Virus record (IMG/VR): IMGVR_UViG_3300036444_000030
Location: 5,965-69,964 of that record
Direction: 5' to 3' (one strand)
From: a virus
DNA: 64,000 nt
The notes beneath the pieces were generated by a model. That model made no database searches. It saw only the letters and a program-made list of their open reading frames with translations, and was not told the DNA's origin. This document shows, piece after piece, positions 47,263-56,167 of the stretch. The first letter of the stretch is position 1. Each line of letters starts with the position of its first letter. The translations under genes were made by a program, and so were the position numbers.

Positions 47263-49188
47263 TTACGCCTCCAGCACGATCATAACGGTTGCAATACCCG
47301 TGCCGCTTTCCTTGAAAGCCCCTGCCGGAATGTCCGTTTTGTATCCGCCAAGGTTTTCGAACCAATCGCGGAATTCTTGGGCTTTGCGGTCTTTACGGAA
47401 AAACGGACCGGGCGACATGATGGCAACCAATCGGCCGCCCGGTTTGAGGAAATCGAACGCATGTCGGACGTGCGCCATGTCCTGCCCGTTTTCGAAGGGA
47501 GGATTCATTAGAACGCGGTCAAAGGTCCGCACGGGTTCAGCTTCGAGAAAGTCGGAACCGGCCAACGAATAGCCTTTGAGCCTCAGAACCTCCCGCAGGC
47601 TTTCGTGCCGTTCATATGTCGTAAGACGGGCCATCGGGCAGGCGACTTTAACGCAGTCCAGGATCGCGCCGCTCCCGCCTTCAGGTTCGAGCACGTCGAC
47701 CGGTTCGCTATGCGGAATCTCAGCAGCTTCGATCATGTTGGAAACAATGGCGACAGGAGTCGGGAAATAACCGGGAATGTTGGCAAACTGCAGGGAATTC
47801 ACCTTGCGGCGCAACTCTTCCGCTTGCTTCTTTTCCTCCGATTGCCCTTGGATCATAGCCCACAAGGCGAGTGCTTCGGGTGTCGTTATCGCCGGTTTAC
47901 CCGTGTCGATTCCGGCGTCATAGTAACCGGCATTCGTGCGGTCTATAACAGACGCCATCAGCTCGAACGCTTTCGCCTTGCTTGTCACCTTACTGAGAAT
48001 AGCCGGAACCGTGCCCGCGTCATGATGAGCGGCAAGAGCGCGTAATGCCTGTTGTGTCCGTTCCAGTCTGTTACCTTCGAGTCGTGCCGAGTCTGCCTCC
48101 CGCCGCCGCTTCGGGGTGTTTGTTTGGCGGCTGGCAAATTTATGATCGATGTCACTTTGCAGGCGGTCCGCCATCTCCCGCAGCTTATCACCCATGCCGG
48201 GGACCGCGCGCGACGCTGCTTCGCTCGACTCTGCGGCTGGCTGCCCTGTCGCAAATGTTTCCGCTTTAGCGCGATCCTTGAAGGCAAAGCCGCCCGGCGT
48301 GCCGTTCCATGGGCGGGAATACCAGCCGCCCAAAAGCTTTGCGGCGTCAAGCAAGCGGCTGAATTCGTCGCGTTCCACGCGGCCGGGCATGATCGCAATG
48401 AACATCTGAAAACCCTTTGTCGTGTGCGTGTGCTCTTCGAGCCGCATACCTTTGACGTTGGCGATTTCAGTAGCAGGCGCAACGTTTTCGGCAGGTGTAA
48501 AAATGTGCCATTCGGCATAGTCCGGCATGGAGTCCGCGCCGTTATGGAGCCGCAGCTTGCGAACTTGCCAACCGTCAGCATGACGATAGCCCGCCTTAAG
48601 ATAGTATCCCGCGCCCATAGACCATTTTTCACGGTGTTCAGCCGACTCGGGAGCGTCTGCCAGATGCGCCGTTTCCTCAAACGTGGCGGCAAATTTGCGC
48701 ATTTCTGGAAACAGGTCACGGGTATGTCGCGAAAATCCGAGAATGACGGTGCGCATGGTTTGCGAGTGGAAATAATCTGTCATGCTATCGGACCGGTCCG
48801 CCTGCAGTTCCGCAACGATAACGGCTTGTGCCCACTTGGGAGTCTTTTCACGGGCTTCGGCTTTGAAGGCTGCCCGGCGCTCGGTCGCCTCATCCGCGGC
48901 GCGTCGCTGTTCATCTTTGGCCGCGCGTTCGATAGCGCGAATTTCCGTTTTTCGCTCTTCGATGTTTTCTACTTTGGGCAGGTGACTAGCGCGGTCGATG
49001 AAAGGCGCGACAATGCCGTCAGACAGGCGGGACACCCTGCCGTTCTCAAAGTAAACTTCATATTCGGTTCGGACTTCCGACATGCCCGCGCCGATGATGA
49101 AAATCTTTGACTCGGGTTCGAGCGCCGCGCCGATGAATCCGCGCGTGCCGTAAGGGTCGATAACAGGGGTTCCGATTGCGTAAGTCAT
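47263..49188 (-). CDS. Multidomain protein with C-terminal N6-adenine methyltransferase (polyvalent-protein-like)
   Basis: GYFPTP, VLEPEGGSGAI, VLMNPPF, FKESGT; N-terminal SDSMTDYF domain. Confidence 0.85.
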   Translation of the reverse strand: MTYAIGTPVIDPYGTRGFIGAALEPESKIFIIGAGMSEVRTEYEVYFENGRVSRLSDGIVAPFIDRASHLPKVENIEERKTEIRAIERAAKDEQRRAADEATERRAAFKAEAREKTPKWAQAVIVAELQADRSDSMTDYFHSQTMRTVILGFSRHTRDLFPEMRKFAATFEETAHLADAPESAEHREKWSMGAGYYLKAGYRHADGWQVRKLRLHNGADSMPDYAEWHIFTPAENVAPATEIANVKGMRLEEHTHTTKGFQMFIAIMPGRVERDEFSRLLDAAKLLGGWYSRPWNGTPGGFAFKDRAKAETFATGQPAAESSEAASRAVPGMGDKLREMADRLQSDIDHKFASRQTNTPKRRREADSARLEGNRLERTQQALRALAAHHDAGTVPAILSKVTSKAKAFELMASVIDRTNAGYYDAGIDTGKPAITTPEALALWAMIQGQSEEKKQAEELRRKVNSLQFANIPGYFPTPVAIVSNMIEAAEIPHSEPVDVLEPEGGSGAILDCVKVACPMARLTTYERHESLREVLRLKGYSLAGSDFLEAEPVRTFDRVLMNPPFENGQDMAHVRHAFDFLKPGGRLVAIMSPGPFFRKDRKAQEFRDWFENLGGYKTDIPAGAFKESGTGIATVMIVLEA

Positions 49189-49216
49189 ATCTCGAATTCC
49201 TCTTAAAACGTGAAAA

Positions 49217-50158
49217 TTAGCGCAAAACGACGCAATCGGCGCCTTCGTTGAAAGCAGCCTGAAGGCGTTCATCGCCCGGCCAGAAATAGAGCGAGTCCGC
49301 TTCGCCACCTTTGAGGCGTTCCATCCGCTGGAAAATGGTTTCCCGTTGCCGCAATTCCGCTTTGATGGACGAACGCAGCCGGGCTTTCAGGCTATCAGGC
49401 AGGGCGCGCAACGTGGCGCATGCACCTTTCATGTCGCGGATAGTCTGGCGAACCGATTCACGGATTGCGGCCAGTTTCTGAAGGCAATCGGCATATTGAG
49501 AACCGGCCTGCCATGCGGTCTGATATTCCCGTTCCTTTTCGGCCTCTGACTCTGCAAAGTCATTTGCGGCGCGTGCGGCTTCTTTCTTCGCCGTCTCATG
49601 CGCGGCTTCCGCCCAGTAACTGGGGTTCAGCATGGCGGAGGTTTGGTAACACTTGCCGATGTCGCGCAATGCTGAACGCATTTCAGCCACGAAGTCGGAC
49701 CGGTAAACCGTGGAAAAGTCGACATATGCAGGACCGCCGCAATCTGCCGCGCCATTGTCCTCATTGTCATGGGCGGCCACAAAGCGCGCCTTGCCGCCGC
49801 GTCCGGGCAACCGGTAGACGCAACCGCGAATCTTGCCGTCCTGATGCGGGTCTGTGAACCATCCCGTGTGGCGAATGGAGTCGCTGAGAACGTCGCAATA
49901 TCCGACGAAACGGAGACCCATGGCAGCCGGGTTTTCGATCCACCTGCAGCCGTTGTCCGTGCTGCCGTTGGTGACGGGCTTTGCCCAAGGGCTTGCTGCA
50001 TAACGGCGTACCGAATTCACAGCATCACGGCGCGCCTTATCAAGGGCAGCAACAGCAAACGTCGTCGGAATACCCTTCAGCCCGTGGCGGGTAGGGTTCC
50101 AACGCGAAAGCATGTCCGAACGGTGAAAGCGATACGCCGATAATAATAACTCGTTCAT
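49217..50158 (-). CDS. Early hypothetical protein
   Basis: 313 aa; RBS GAGGA; HTGWFTD..QD...RG.V..LP motif. Confidence 0.75.
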   Translation of the reverse strand: MNELLLSAYRFHRSDMLSRWNPTRHGLKGIPTTFAVAALDKARRDAVNSVRRYAASPWAKPVTNGSTDNGCRWIENPAAMGLRFVGYCDVLSDSIRHTGWFTDPHQDGKIRGCVYRLPGRGGKARFVAAHDNEDNGAADCGGPAYVDFSTVYRSDFVAEMRSALRDIGKCYQTSAMLNPSYWAEAAHETAKKEAARAANDFAESEAEKEREYQTAWQAGSQYADCLQKLAAIRESVRQTIRDMKGACATLRALPDSLKARLRSSIKAELRQRETIFQRMERLKGGEADSLYFWPGDERLQAAFNEGADCVVLR

Positions 50159-50190
50159 GGTTGAATTCCTCTTTTAAGTTGAAAGTGTGG

Positions 50191-50283
50191 TTACAGAAAG
50201 AGCGGTGCTATGAGCTGGCCAAACTGGAGACCGGCCAACAGGACTGCAGGGAGGGTGAAGGGTAATAAAAGCGGGTGGATCAT
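50191..50283 (-). CDS. Putative 30-aa hydrophobic peptide
   Basis: MIHPLLLPFTLPAVLLAGLQFGQLIAPLFL fills the intergenic gap; weak RBS. Confidence 0.4.
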   Translation of the reverse strand: MIHPLLLPFTLPAVLLAGLQFGQLIAPLFL

Positions 50284-50291
50284 GGCAGCGC

Positions 50292-50909
50292 CTAAGCGAA
50301 GAATTCAGCCGCCTTGGCAATCTGCCATGCGTCATTCCAAAGGGCCAAATCTGCCACATCTTCGGGATTGGTAAGGAATACCGGATCACGTTCGAAAGTG
50401 ACTTTGAACGCTTCAAGCATCAGCATGTTAGCGTCACAAAAGTCATGCGTGTGGCATGCGGCAGAGTCGTTGCGGTTCAATTCCAGAACGGAGCGGAAGT
50501 CCGCACGGCTCAATTCCTCTTGCACCTTGCTGCCGAATTCGCGGGCTAGGATAATCTTCTCGCCGATTGTGGCGGCAGGTGTCACGACGTGACCACCCAA
50601 CGCAAGGTCAAAAGCGTCCGCCGCTGCCAAGGCTTCGGCAACAGTTGCGGCCTCTACACAACGATCCACATAGTCACCATTGTCATTATGCGCGCCGACA
50701 ATCCATGTGCCGTCCTCTGATACATGGTCGCAACCACCTATGTCAGTCATAAGCACTTTCCAGCCGGTTTCACCTACCTGCCGTTCCCATGCGGACGTGC
50801 CGCCACCATTGTGACCGACATGGAAATTAGAATCTGCAAATAGCTTGCCCGTATCCGTCAATTCGGCTGCAGCGGCCATTTCATTAAAGCGTGTCCAGAA
50901 ATCGGTCAT
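50292..50909 (-). CDS. First gene of the leftward early operon, hypothetical
   Basis: RBS GGAG; CHTHDFCDANM...WNDAW motif. Confidence 0.75.
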   Translation of the reverse strand: MTDFWTRFNEMAAAAELTDTGKLFADSNFHVGHNGGGTSAWERQVGETGWKVLMTDIGGCDHVSEDGTWIVGAHNDNGDYVDRCVEAATVAEALAAADAFDLALGGHVVTPAATIGEKIILAREFGSKVQEELSRADFRSVLELNRNDSAACHTHDFCDANMLMLEAFKVTFERDPVFLTNPEDVADLALWNDAWQIAKAAEFFA

Positions 50910-50946
50910 TGGTGCGTCTCCGTTTCGTATTCGTTTCGATAATTCC

Positions 50947-50975
50947 AATCTAAACGTGAAATATGCGAAGTGCAA
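50947..50975 (-). promoter_or_regulatory. Major leftward early promoter with two operators
   Basis: TTGCAC-17 nt-TAGATT; operators at 50944-50960 and 50982-50998. Confidence 0.75.
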
Positions 50976-51274
50976 GAGACATTCACATTAAAAGTGAAAG
51001 TTAGTTTGTTCGGCCTAGTTCACGGCTGCCGGATACATTGAGGGCCATTGTTGCCCGCCTTCCTGCTTACATCATCGACGAAACCGTGTCGCTGCGTCTC
51101 AATGCGTCTGTGCGTGTGTTGAGCTGTCGTCATTGTCTCTGTGCGTCTCATCGTTACTGCAGCGGAGCAGCGTGTCTCAATGCGTCTCGGTAAGGTGCAA
51201 ATGGGCTGTATCGCATCATGTGATAGGATCGATTATCGCTAAAAGATCAATTAAAACAATGACATAGTGGCTTT

Positions 51275-51322
51275 GGGTCCTTCCTGGGGGTGGCGCCGAG
51301 GGGGCGGGAGGCACCGACCGCG
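51275..51322 (+). other. Putative cos site (cosQ GGGTCCT; candidate 12-nt cohesive end GGAGGCACCGAC at 51307-51318)
   Basis: Lambda-identical cosQ heptamer 25 nt before a GC-rich 12-mer flanked by GCG/CGC symmetry; GpA-type terminase. Confidence 0.65.
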
Positions 51323-51420
51323 ATTCACGCGCAATTTGAAAATTTCGGCAACGAAACGACTTTTGAGGCGTAATGTTGTAACGTTCAGGCGAGAAAATGG
51401 GATAAAATCGATCGATGAAG

Positions 51421-51726
51421 CGGCTGATACAGTTGGATTTAGACTGTATCGGGCAACTGTATCGGAAATTTCCCTTTAAAATCAATGGTTGATACAGTGA
51501 GTCAGTTGATACAGTAGGATTCTATATAGTTGTTTATAGAGAGGTATAATCAGTGCGGAGCACGAACCAGTGGTAAAAGCAAAAAGGGGTAAATAAGGAA
51601 AAGATATAGGAATCCGTATGTATTGACTGTATCAACTGTATCAGACGAGATAACATACTGATTTTTAATGCGTATTTGCGATACAGTTGCCCGATACAGT
51701 TGCCTTAGCCCCTACTGTATCGGTCG
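51421..51726. repeat. Nested inverted repeats built of GATACAG units around an A-rich core; putative replication origin
   Basis: Perfect 22-bp arms at 51443-51464 and 51679-51700; 13-bp arms at 51503-51515 and 51626-51638. Confidence 0.8.
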
Positions 51727-51782
51727 TTTAAGGATGCGATACAGCGCATTTGTCGAGGAAATAGGATACAGCGCATCTCAGC

Positions 51783-51804
51783 AAAAACCCCGCCGTAGCG
51801 GGGT
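51783..51804 (-). terminator. Intrinsic terminator after the primase gene
   Basis: Minus strand ACCCCGC-TACG-GCGGGGT followed by a T run. Confidence 0.8.
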
Positions 51805-51831
51805 CAAATGCGATAAAATCGAAGTTCGATC

Positions 51832-54246
51832 CTAATCAATTTCGTCGGGTCGCGTATAAACGCGGCATTTTCCGTATTTTTTATTGATCTCGAGACCTGT
51901 CACCATTCCCTTTGATCTGTCCCAACCTACGATCTGCATCGCGCGGCCGATCTTGATCGTTTCGGTATGAGGAACGGAACCGTCGCGTCCCATCATCTCT
52001 CGCCATATCTGGGCGATGCAGGTATCTTCGCGGTAGATCTTTGGCAGATCGTCGTCCAGGTCTTCGAATTCGGCCCCTAGCGGAGTGTCCAGCCAGGCGG
52101 CAATTTCGCCAGCCAGTGTCTCTTCGGAAGTCTCGACACGACGGCTTTCCTGCATCTCGTGGGCTATCTGAGCAGCTTCGTCCTGCATGTAGAGCGGTAG
52201 GGTCGGCAGATAGGCGTATTGCTTCATCATCTGCTGATAAATCGATACCGCTTCCGCCCAAATCTGCATGACGTTGGCGCGGAATTTCAGGTTGTCGATC
52301 TGCTTGTCACCGGGGAGGTTGCAGACAATCGGCCAGAAACGCCGGCCACCGGTCTGGTCTCGCAGGTACTCGCGATCATTGGTCGAACCGATGAAAATGC
52401 ACTGACGGCCGAACTCTTTCGCGCGCTTCTCCCATGCAAGACGAGCCTTGTCGTGCGTGCGGCTGACGAACGCCTTCAGGTCGTTGACCTCTGACCGCTG
52501 CATGGCTGAAAGCTCGCCCAATTCGAGGATCCATTTGCCCTGCATCACCTCGATCATCTGCTTCGGATCACCGACATCACCTGTCAGTTCACCGTACCAT
52601 TGGAGCCCGAGGACCTCGATGAAGGTGGATTTACCCTTACCCTGGACACCTTCAAGAATCGGGACGAAATCGAACTTGTGGCCGGGCTGAAATATGCGCG
52701 CCACCGCGCCAACGAGGGTGAGAAGGGCGGCTTGTCGGTTATAGGTGTTGTCCTCGCAGCCGAGATAGTCGACGAACATCGTCTCTGCTCGCGGCACCCC
52801 GTCCCATTCAACTGACGTGATGACTTCCTTAACCGGGTGGAACGTCCTTTTGTGGGCGGCCATGTCGATCGCGCCACGTAAGTCGCGGTCGGAGACCTTG
52901 ATGCCGTAGCCTTGGAGCTGAGTTTTGGTCTCGATCAGCGATCGGATGGCGATATCATGGCTATCGGTCCAGTTGTCGCCGTTCAGCTCGTCCTTCACCT
53001 TCCAGATCGAACTGTCCAGATTGACCGGCTCGTAGGCCGCGTCGCGTTTCTTTTTCGCGCGCTTCGGCGAAGCCCGGAGCACCACTTCCTGTGAAAACTC
53101 GTTAAAATGGGCGATACCGCGGACGCGGAGGTCGTTTTCGACAATCAGATTGATGTTCGGAAGAGTGGTTTTTAACTCGCCTTCTTCATTGCGATGGAAG
53201 CGCTGCATCCAGTTGGGGTCGATCTCGTCGACAATCTCCGCTTTCGCGGGAATTGGGGAGGGCGCGTCGCCTAAGAGGTCGGACAGATCGACGGCAGGCT
53301 TGTCAAAGTCAGTTTCGATGTCGAGATCGAGATCCTGTGACATGCGGTTGCTGTTGGCGGCCTGGATCAGCGTGCGGAAGGTGACTGGGTGCGGTTTGCC
53401 CTTGAAGGAATTCCACCTGACCTCGGAATATTTGCGGTCGAACTTGGCCGATTGCTCTGACCAGTCGCACCAGGCCTCGAACCCTTCATCTTCGCCACGG
53501 AACTGGTGATGGAAGGCCATGCCGACGGTGAGCCAGTAGTCGCGATCCTCGACCCAGTCTTCGGGAAGGTCGTCGAGGATGGCTTGAATTTCCTCATCGT
53601 CGATGTCGAGCGGGTCGGCGCGGACGATCGCGAACAGGTCGTCGTCATCAGGTTCCGCTGCAACAGCGCGCGCGCCGCTGATCTTCGCGACCATAAGCTC
53701 GGTGAAATCCAGATCAAGCGGGCGTTCCCATCGATACGGTTTCCCGGTGTCGGGGTGGATGGAAGGTGGGATGGCGACTTGGGTGCCCGTGCCCTTGAGG
53801 TCGATTTCCCAGTCGTTCTTCTTTACGTCGCGACCCTTCTTTGGATCGAACACCATCTCGAAACCGTCGGATTTGTGCAGCTTTTTGCTGGCGAGCGCCT
53901 CGGTCGAGAGGAAATAGATGTGACGGCTTTCGCCTCCTGATCCTGAGATGACCCGTGGCAGGGATTTAGCTGCCGGCATCATTTCGACCAGCGCTGCCCA
54001 TGCCTCACTCGCTTTTTCAGGCTTGCGAATGTCCAGGTCGATGACATGCAGATACAACCCGTCAATCCGAGACGGTTCGCCGGTTCTAAGACCTACGTTG
54101 TTGCCCTGACGGTAGCTGTTTCGAAGCTGCTCGGCCGAGTAGCGCGGTGCGGAGGACCAGTGATCTTCGATCGGCATCTTGTCGCGAGGTCGCAGCCAAT
54201 GCAGCGCGGCGCCCGCTTCGATGAGAGCGAGGTTTTCGGTGAGCAT
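51832..54246 (-). CDS. Primase-helicase (Prim-Pol, PriCT-2 and VapE-like ATPase domains)
   Basis: VIDLD, SGSGGESRHIY, PPSIHPDTG..Y.W, W..VGMA.H, GVQGKGKST, DQTGGRRFWP. Confidence 0.93.
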   Translation of the reverse strand: MLTENLALIEAGAALHWLRPRDKMPIEDHWSSAPRYSAEQLRNSYRQGNNVGLRTGEPSRIDGLYLHVIDLDIRKPEKASEAWAALVEMMPAAKSLPRVISGSGGESRHIYFLSTEALASKKLHKSDGFEMVFDPKKGRDVKKNDWEIDLKGTGTQVAIPPSIHPDTGKPYRWERPLDLDFTELMVAKISGARAVAAEPDDDDLFAIVRADPLDIDDEEIQAILDDLPEDWVEDRDYWLTVGMAFHHQFRGEDEGFEAWCDWSEQSAKFDRKYSEVRWNSFKGKPHPVTFRTLIQAANSNRMSQDLDLDIETDFDKPAVDLSDLLGDAPSPIPAKAEIVDEIDPNWMQRFHRNEEGELKTTLPNINLIVENDLRVRGIAHFNEFSQEVVLRASPKRAKKKRDAAYEPVNLDSSIWKVKDELNGDNWTDSHDIAIRSLIETKTQLQGYGIKVSDRDLRGAIDMAAHKRTFHPVKEVITSVEWDGVPRAETMFVDYLGCEDNTYNRQAALLTLVGAVARIFQPGHKFDFVPILEGVQGKGKSTFIEVLGLQWYGELTGDVGDPKQMIEVMQGKWILELGELSAMQRSEVNDLKAFVSRTHDKARLAWEKRAKEFGRQCIFIGSTNDREYLRDQTGGRRFWPIVCNLPGDKQIDNLKFRANVMQIWAEAVSIYQQMMKQYAYLPTLPLYMQDEAAQIAHEMQESRRVETSEETLAGEIAAWLDTPLGAEFEDLDDDLPKIYREDTCIAQIWREMMGRDGSVPHTETIKIGRAMQIVGWDRSKGMVTGLEINKKYGKCRVYTRPDEID

Positions 54247-54265
54247 GGATTACTGTCCCGTTCGA

Positions 54266-54550
54266 TCAGGGGATGGGGAGGAACGGAATCAGGTCATTCT
54301 TGGTGAGTCGGTCCTTTTCGTCCGGTCGATCGGCCTTCGCTGAAACTTCGAGAAGCGACTTGATCGCCTTCGGAGATAACTTGTTCTCGTGGAACCAGCG
54401 ATAAATGGTGAAGCGAGCGTTTTCAGTGGCTTCGCTTAAAAGGCGCGTGTTTACCTTGCCGTCGTGAACATACTCCGACGGCAGCTTATCGCGCAGGAGG
54501 CTGTAAAGCTCACCCTCATACAGCTCTTTGGTATTGGCAGGCTGATCCAT
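54266..54550 (-). CDS. Cro-like HTH protein
   Basis: LLSEAT...RFTIYRWF; upstream of primase at a divergent promoter region. Confidence 0.7.
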   Translation of the reverse strand: MDQPANTKELYEGELYSLLRDKLPSEYVHDGKVNTRLLSEATENARFTIYRWFHENKLSPKAIKSLLEVSAKADRPDEKDRLTKNDLIPFLPIP

Positions 54551-54719
54551 ATTCGAACCCCTAATGAAACATGGAGGCACCTTAGTCGCCTCATTTCTAA
54601 ATTTCAACATAGGTGAGAAATAATTCCAACAAAGTGTTGCAAGTTGCCCGGTGTCGTGCCATAAAAATCGAAATTACACGAGAGAAGTGTAATTGACCGC
54701 CGAACCAATGGAGACATCA

Positions 54720-55193
54720 ATGAGCTTAGAAGCAACCATTTCCGAACTGACTGCTGCCGTCAGCAAGCTGACCGTTATTACCCAGGCACTGCATGATCTG
54801 CGCGCCGACGCCATCGAAAAGACCACGGCAGCCGCCGCGACCGGGTCCAAGTCGGCGACGAAGACCAAAGAGGCTGAAAAGCCCGCCGCCGACAAGGGTG
54901 CGATCAGCGAGAGCCCCGAGGACCGTGTTAATCCGATCGAGGCGCTGACCGATGCCGCCAGCGACTATATCGGCGCCAGCGATCGCGAAGAAGAGCGCGC
55001 TGCCCGTAAGGAGAAGGTCAAGGCGCTTCTCAACCACGAAAAAATCCGCGATCCGAAGGTTGAAGCCGGCAAGGGCCTCTTCAGCACAATCCAGCCCGAA
55101 GCTCACGATCTCTTCAAGTCTCAGATCGCGAAGCTCAAGGAAAAGGGCGACATCACGACGCCGAAAAAGGCTGAAGACGACCTCCTGGACTGA
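54720..55193 (+). CDS. Hypothetical replication-module protein ending EDDLLD
   Basis: RBS GGAG; MSLE..I..LT.A start; Ala/Lys linker. Confidence 0.75.
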   Translation: MSLEATISELTAAVSKLTVITQALHDLRADAIEKTTAAAATGSKSATKTKEAEKPAADKGAISESPEDRVNPIEALTDAASDYIGASDREEERAARKEKVKALLNHEKIRDPKVEAGKGLFSTIQPEAHDLFKSQIAKLKEKGDITTPKKAEDDLLD

Positions 55194-55203
55194 TCCGGCG
55201 CCA

Positions 55204-55332
55204 ACGCTCTCCGACTTCGGTCGGGGGCGTTTCGGCGGGAAGCGCAGAGTAGGACTGCAATGTTCTCCTCCTCCCGACAGAGTGGTCCAGGTTCCCACCG
55301 CCTCCCACCTCTGCGCTTCCTCCCCAAACGCC
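55204..55332 (+). ncRNA. Structured intergenic RNA with UUCG hairpin and CCUCCUCCC loop
   Basis: C-TTCG-G hairpin; 12-bp helix 55238-55249 with 55309-55320; loop motif at 55267-55275. Confidence 0.5.
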
Positions 55333-55346
55333 TTTAGGAGAAAGAC

Positions 55347-55538
55347 ATGCCTTCCCCCATTATGAAGTATTTCACGTTCGAGCATCTTCGCGACCCGGGT
55401 CTCAAGGAGGTCTCGCGTCAATGCGCGTCTCTCGCACGCGCGATGGAAGAAGAACTTCCTGACGGCCCGGAGAAGTCTGCCGGCCTGCGACTCCTGTTGC
55501 AGGCAAAGGACTGTTTTGTTCGCTCGAAGATGGATTGA
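55347..55538 (+). CDS. Small helical-hairpin phage protein (possibly Acb2/Tad1-like)
   Basis: RBS AGGAG; YF.FEHL...GPEKSAGLRLLLQAKDCFVR. Confidence 0.7.
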   Translation: MPSPIMKYFTFEHLRDPGLKEVSRQCASLARAMEEELPDGPEKSAGLRLLLQAKDCFVRSKMD

Positions 55539-55549
55539 CAGTTAGTACG

Positions 55550-56167
55550 ATGGTCAAATTTATCGACATCACCGGTGAGCGTTTTGAGAGGCTTGTTGCC
55601 GTTGAACGCGCCGAGAATAATCGCCACGGTCGGGCGCGGTTTGTTTGCCGATGTGACTGTGGCGGTTCCGTGACTGTCGATGCTCAGGCATTACGACGAA
55701 ACATGGTCAAATCCTGCGGGTGTTTTCGGCGGGAATTTGCAGTCTCACAATTCACAAAACATGGTCTGAAAGGCAGCGCGGAGTATCGCGCCTGGACGCA
55801 GATGAAAACCCGCTGCCTTAATCCAAAGAACCGTTTCTACCATCGATATGGTGGTAGAGGGATTACGATCTGCGCCGAGTGGCAAGAGAGCTTCGAAACG
55901 TTCTATCGCGATATGGGACCTCGCCCGAGCAAGCGTCACTCGATCGAGCGAAAGGACAACGACGAGGGTTATCGTCCAGGAAACTGCGAGTGGGCGTTGC
56001 CTGCTGTCCAAGCAGCTAACCGATCTACAGTCTGCAACATTGAATGCAACGGCATCAGCGACAGCATGGCCGGATGGAGCCGACGTACAGGTATACCTTA
56101 TACGCGACTTCGCCGACGCTTGCGTGATGGCTGGCCTGTTGGCCGTGCTTTGGAGATACGTCCATGA
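55550..56167 (+). CDS. HNH-type homing-endonuclease-like protein
   Basis: CRCDCG, KSCGC, YGGRGITIC, SIERKDNDEGYRPGNCEWA. Confidence 0.85.
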   Translation: MVKFIDITGERFERLVAVERAENNRHGRARFVCRCDCGGSVTVDAQALRRNMVKSCGCFRREFAVSQFTKHGLKGSAEYRAWTQMKTRCLNPKNRFYHRYGGRGITICAEWQESFETFYRDMGPRPSKRHSIERKDNDEGYRPGNCEWALPAVQAANRSTVCNIECNGISDSMAGWSRRTGIPYTRLRRRLRDGWPVGRALEIRP

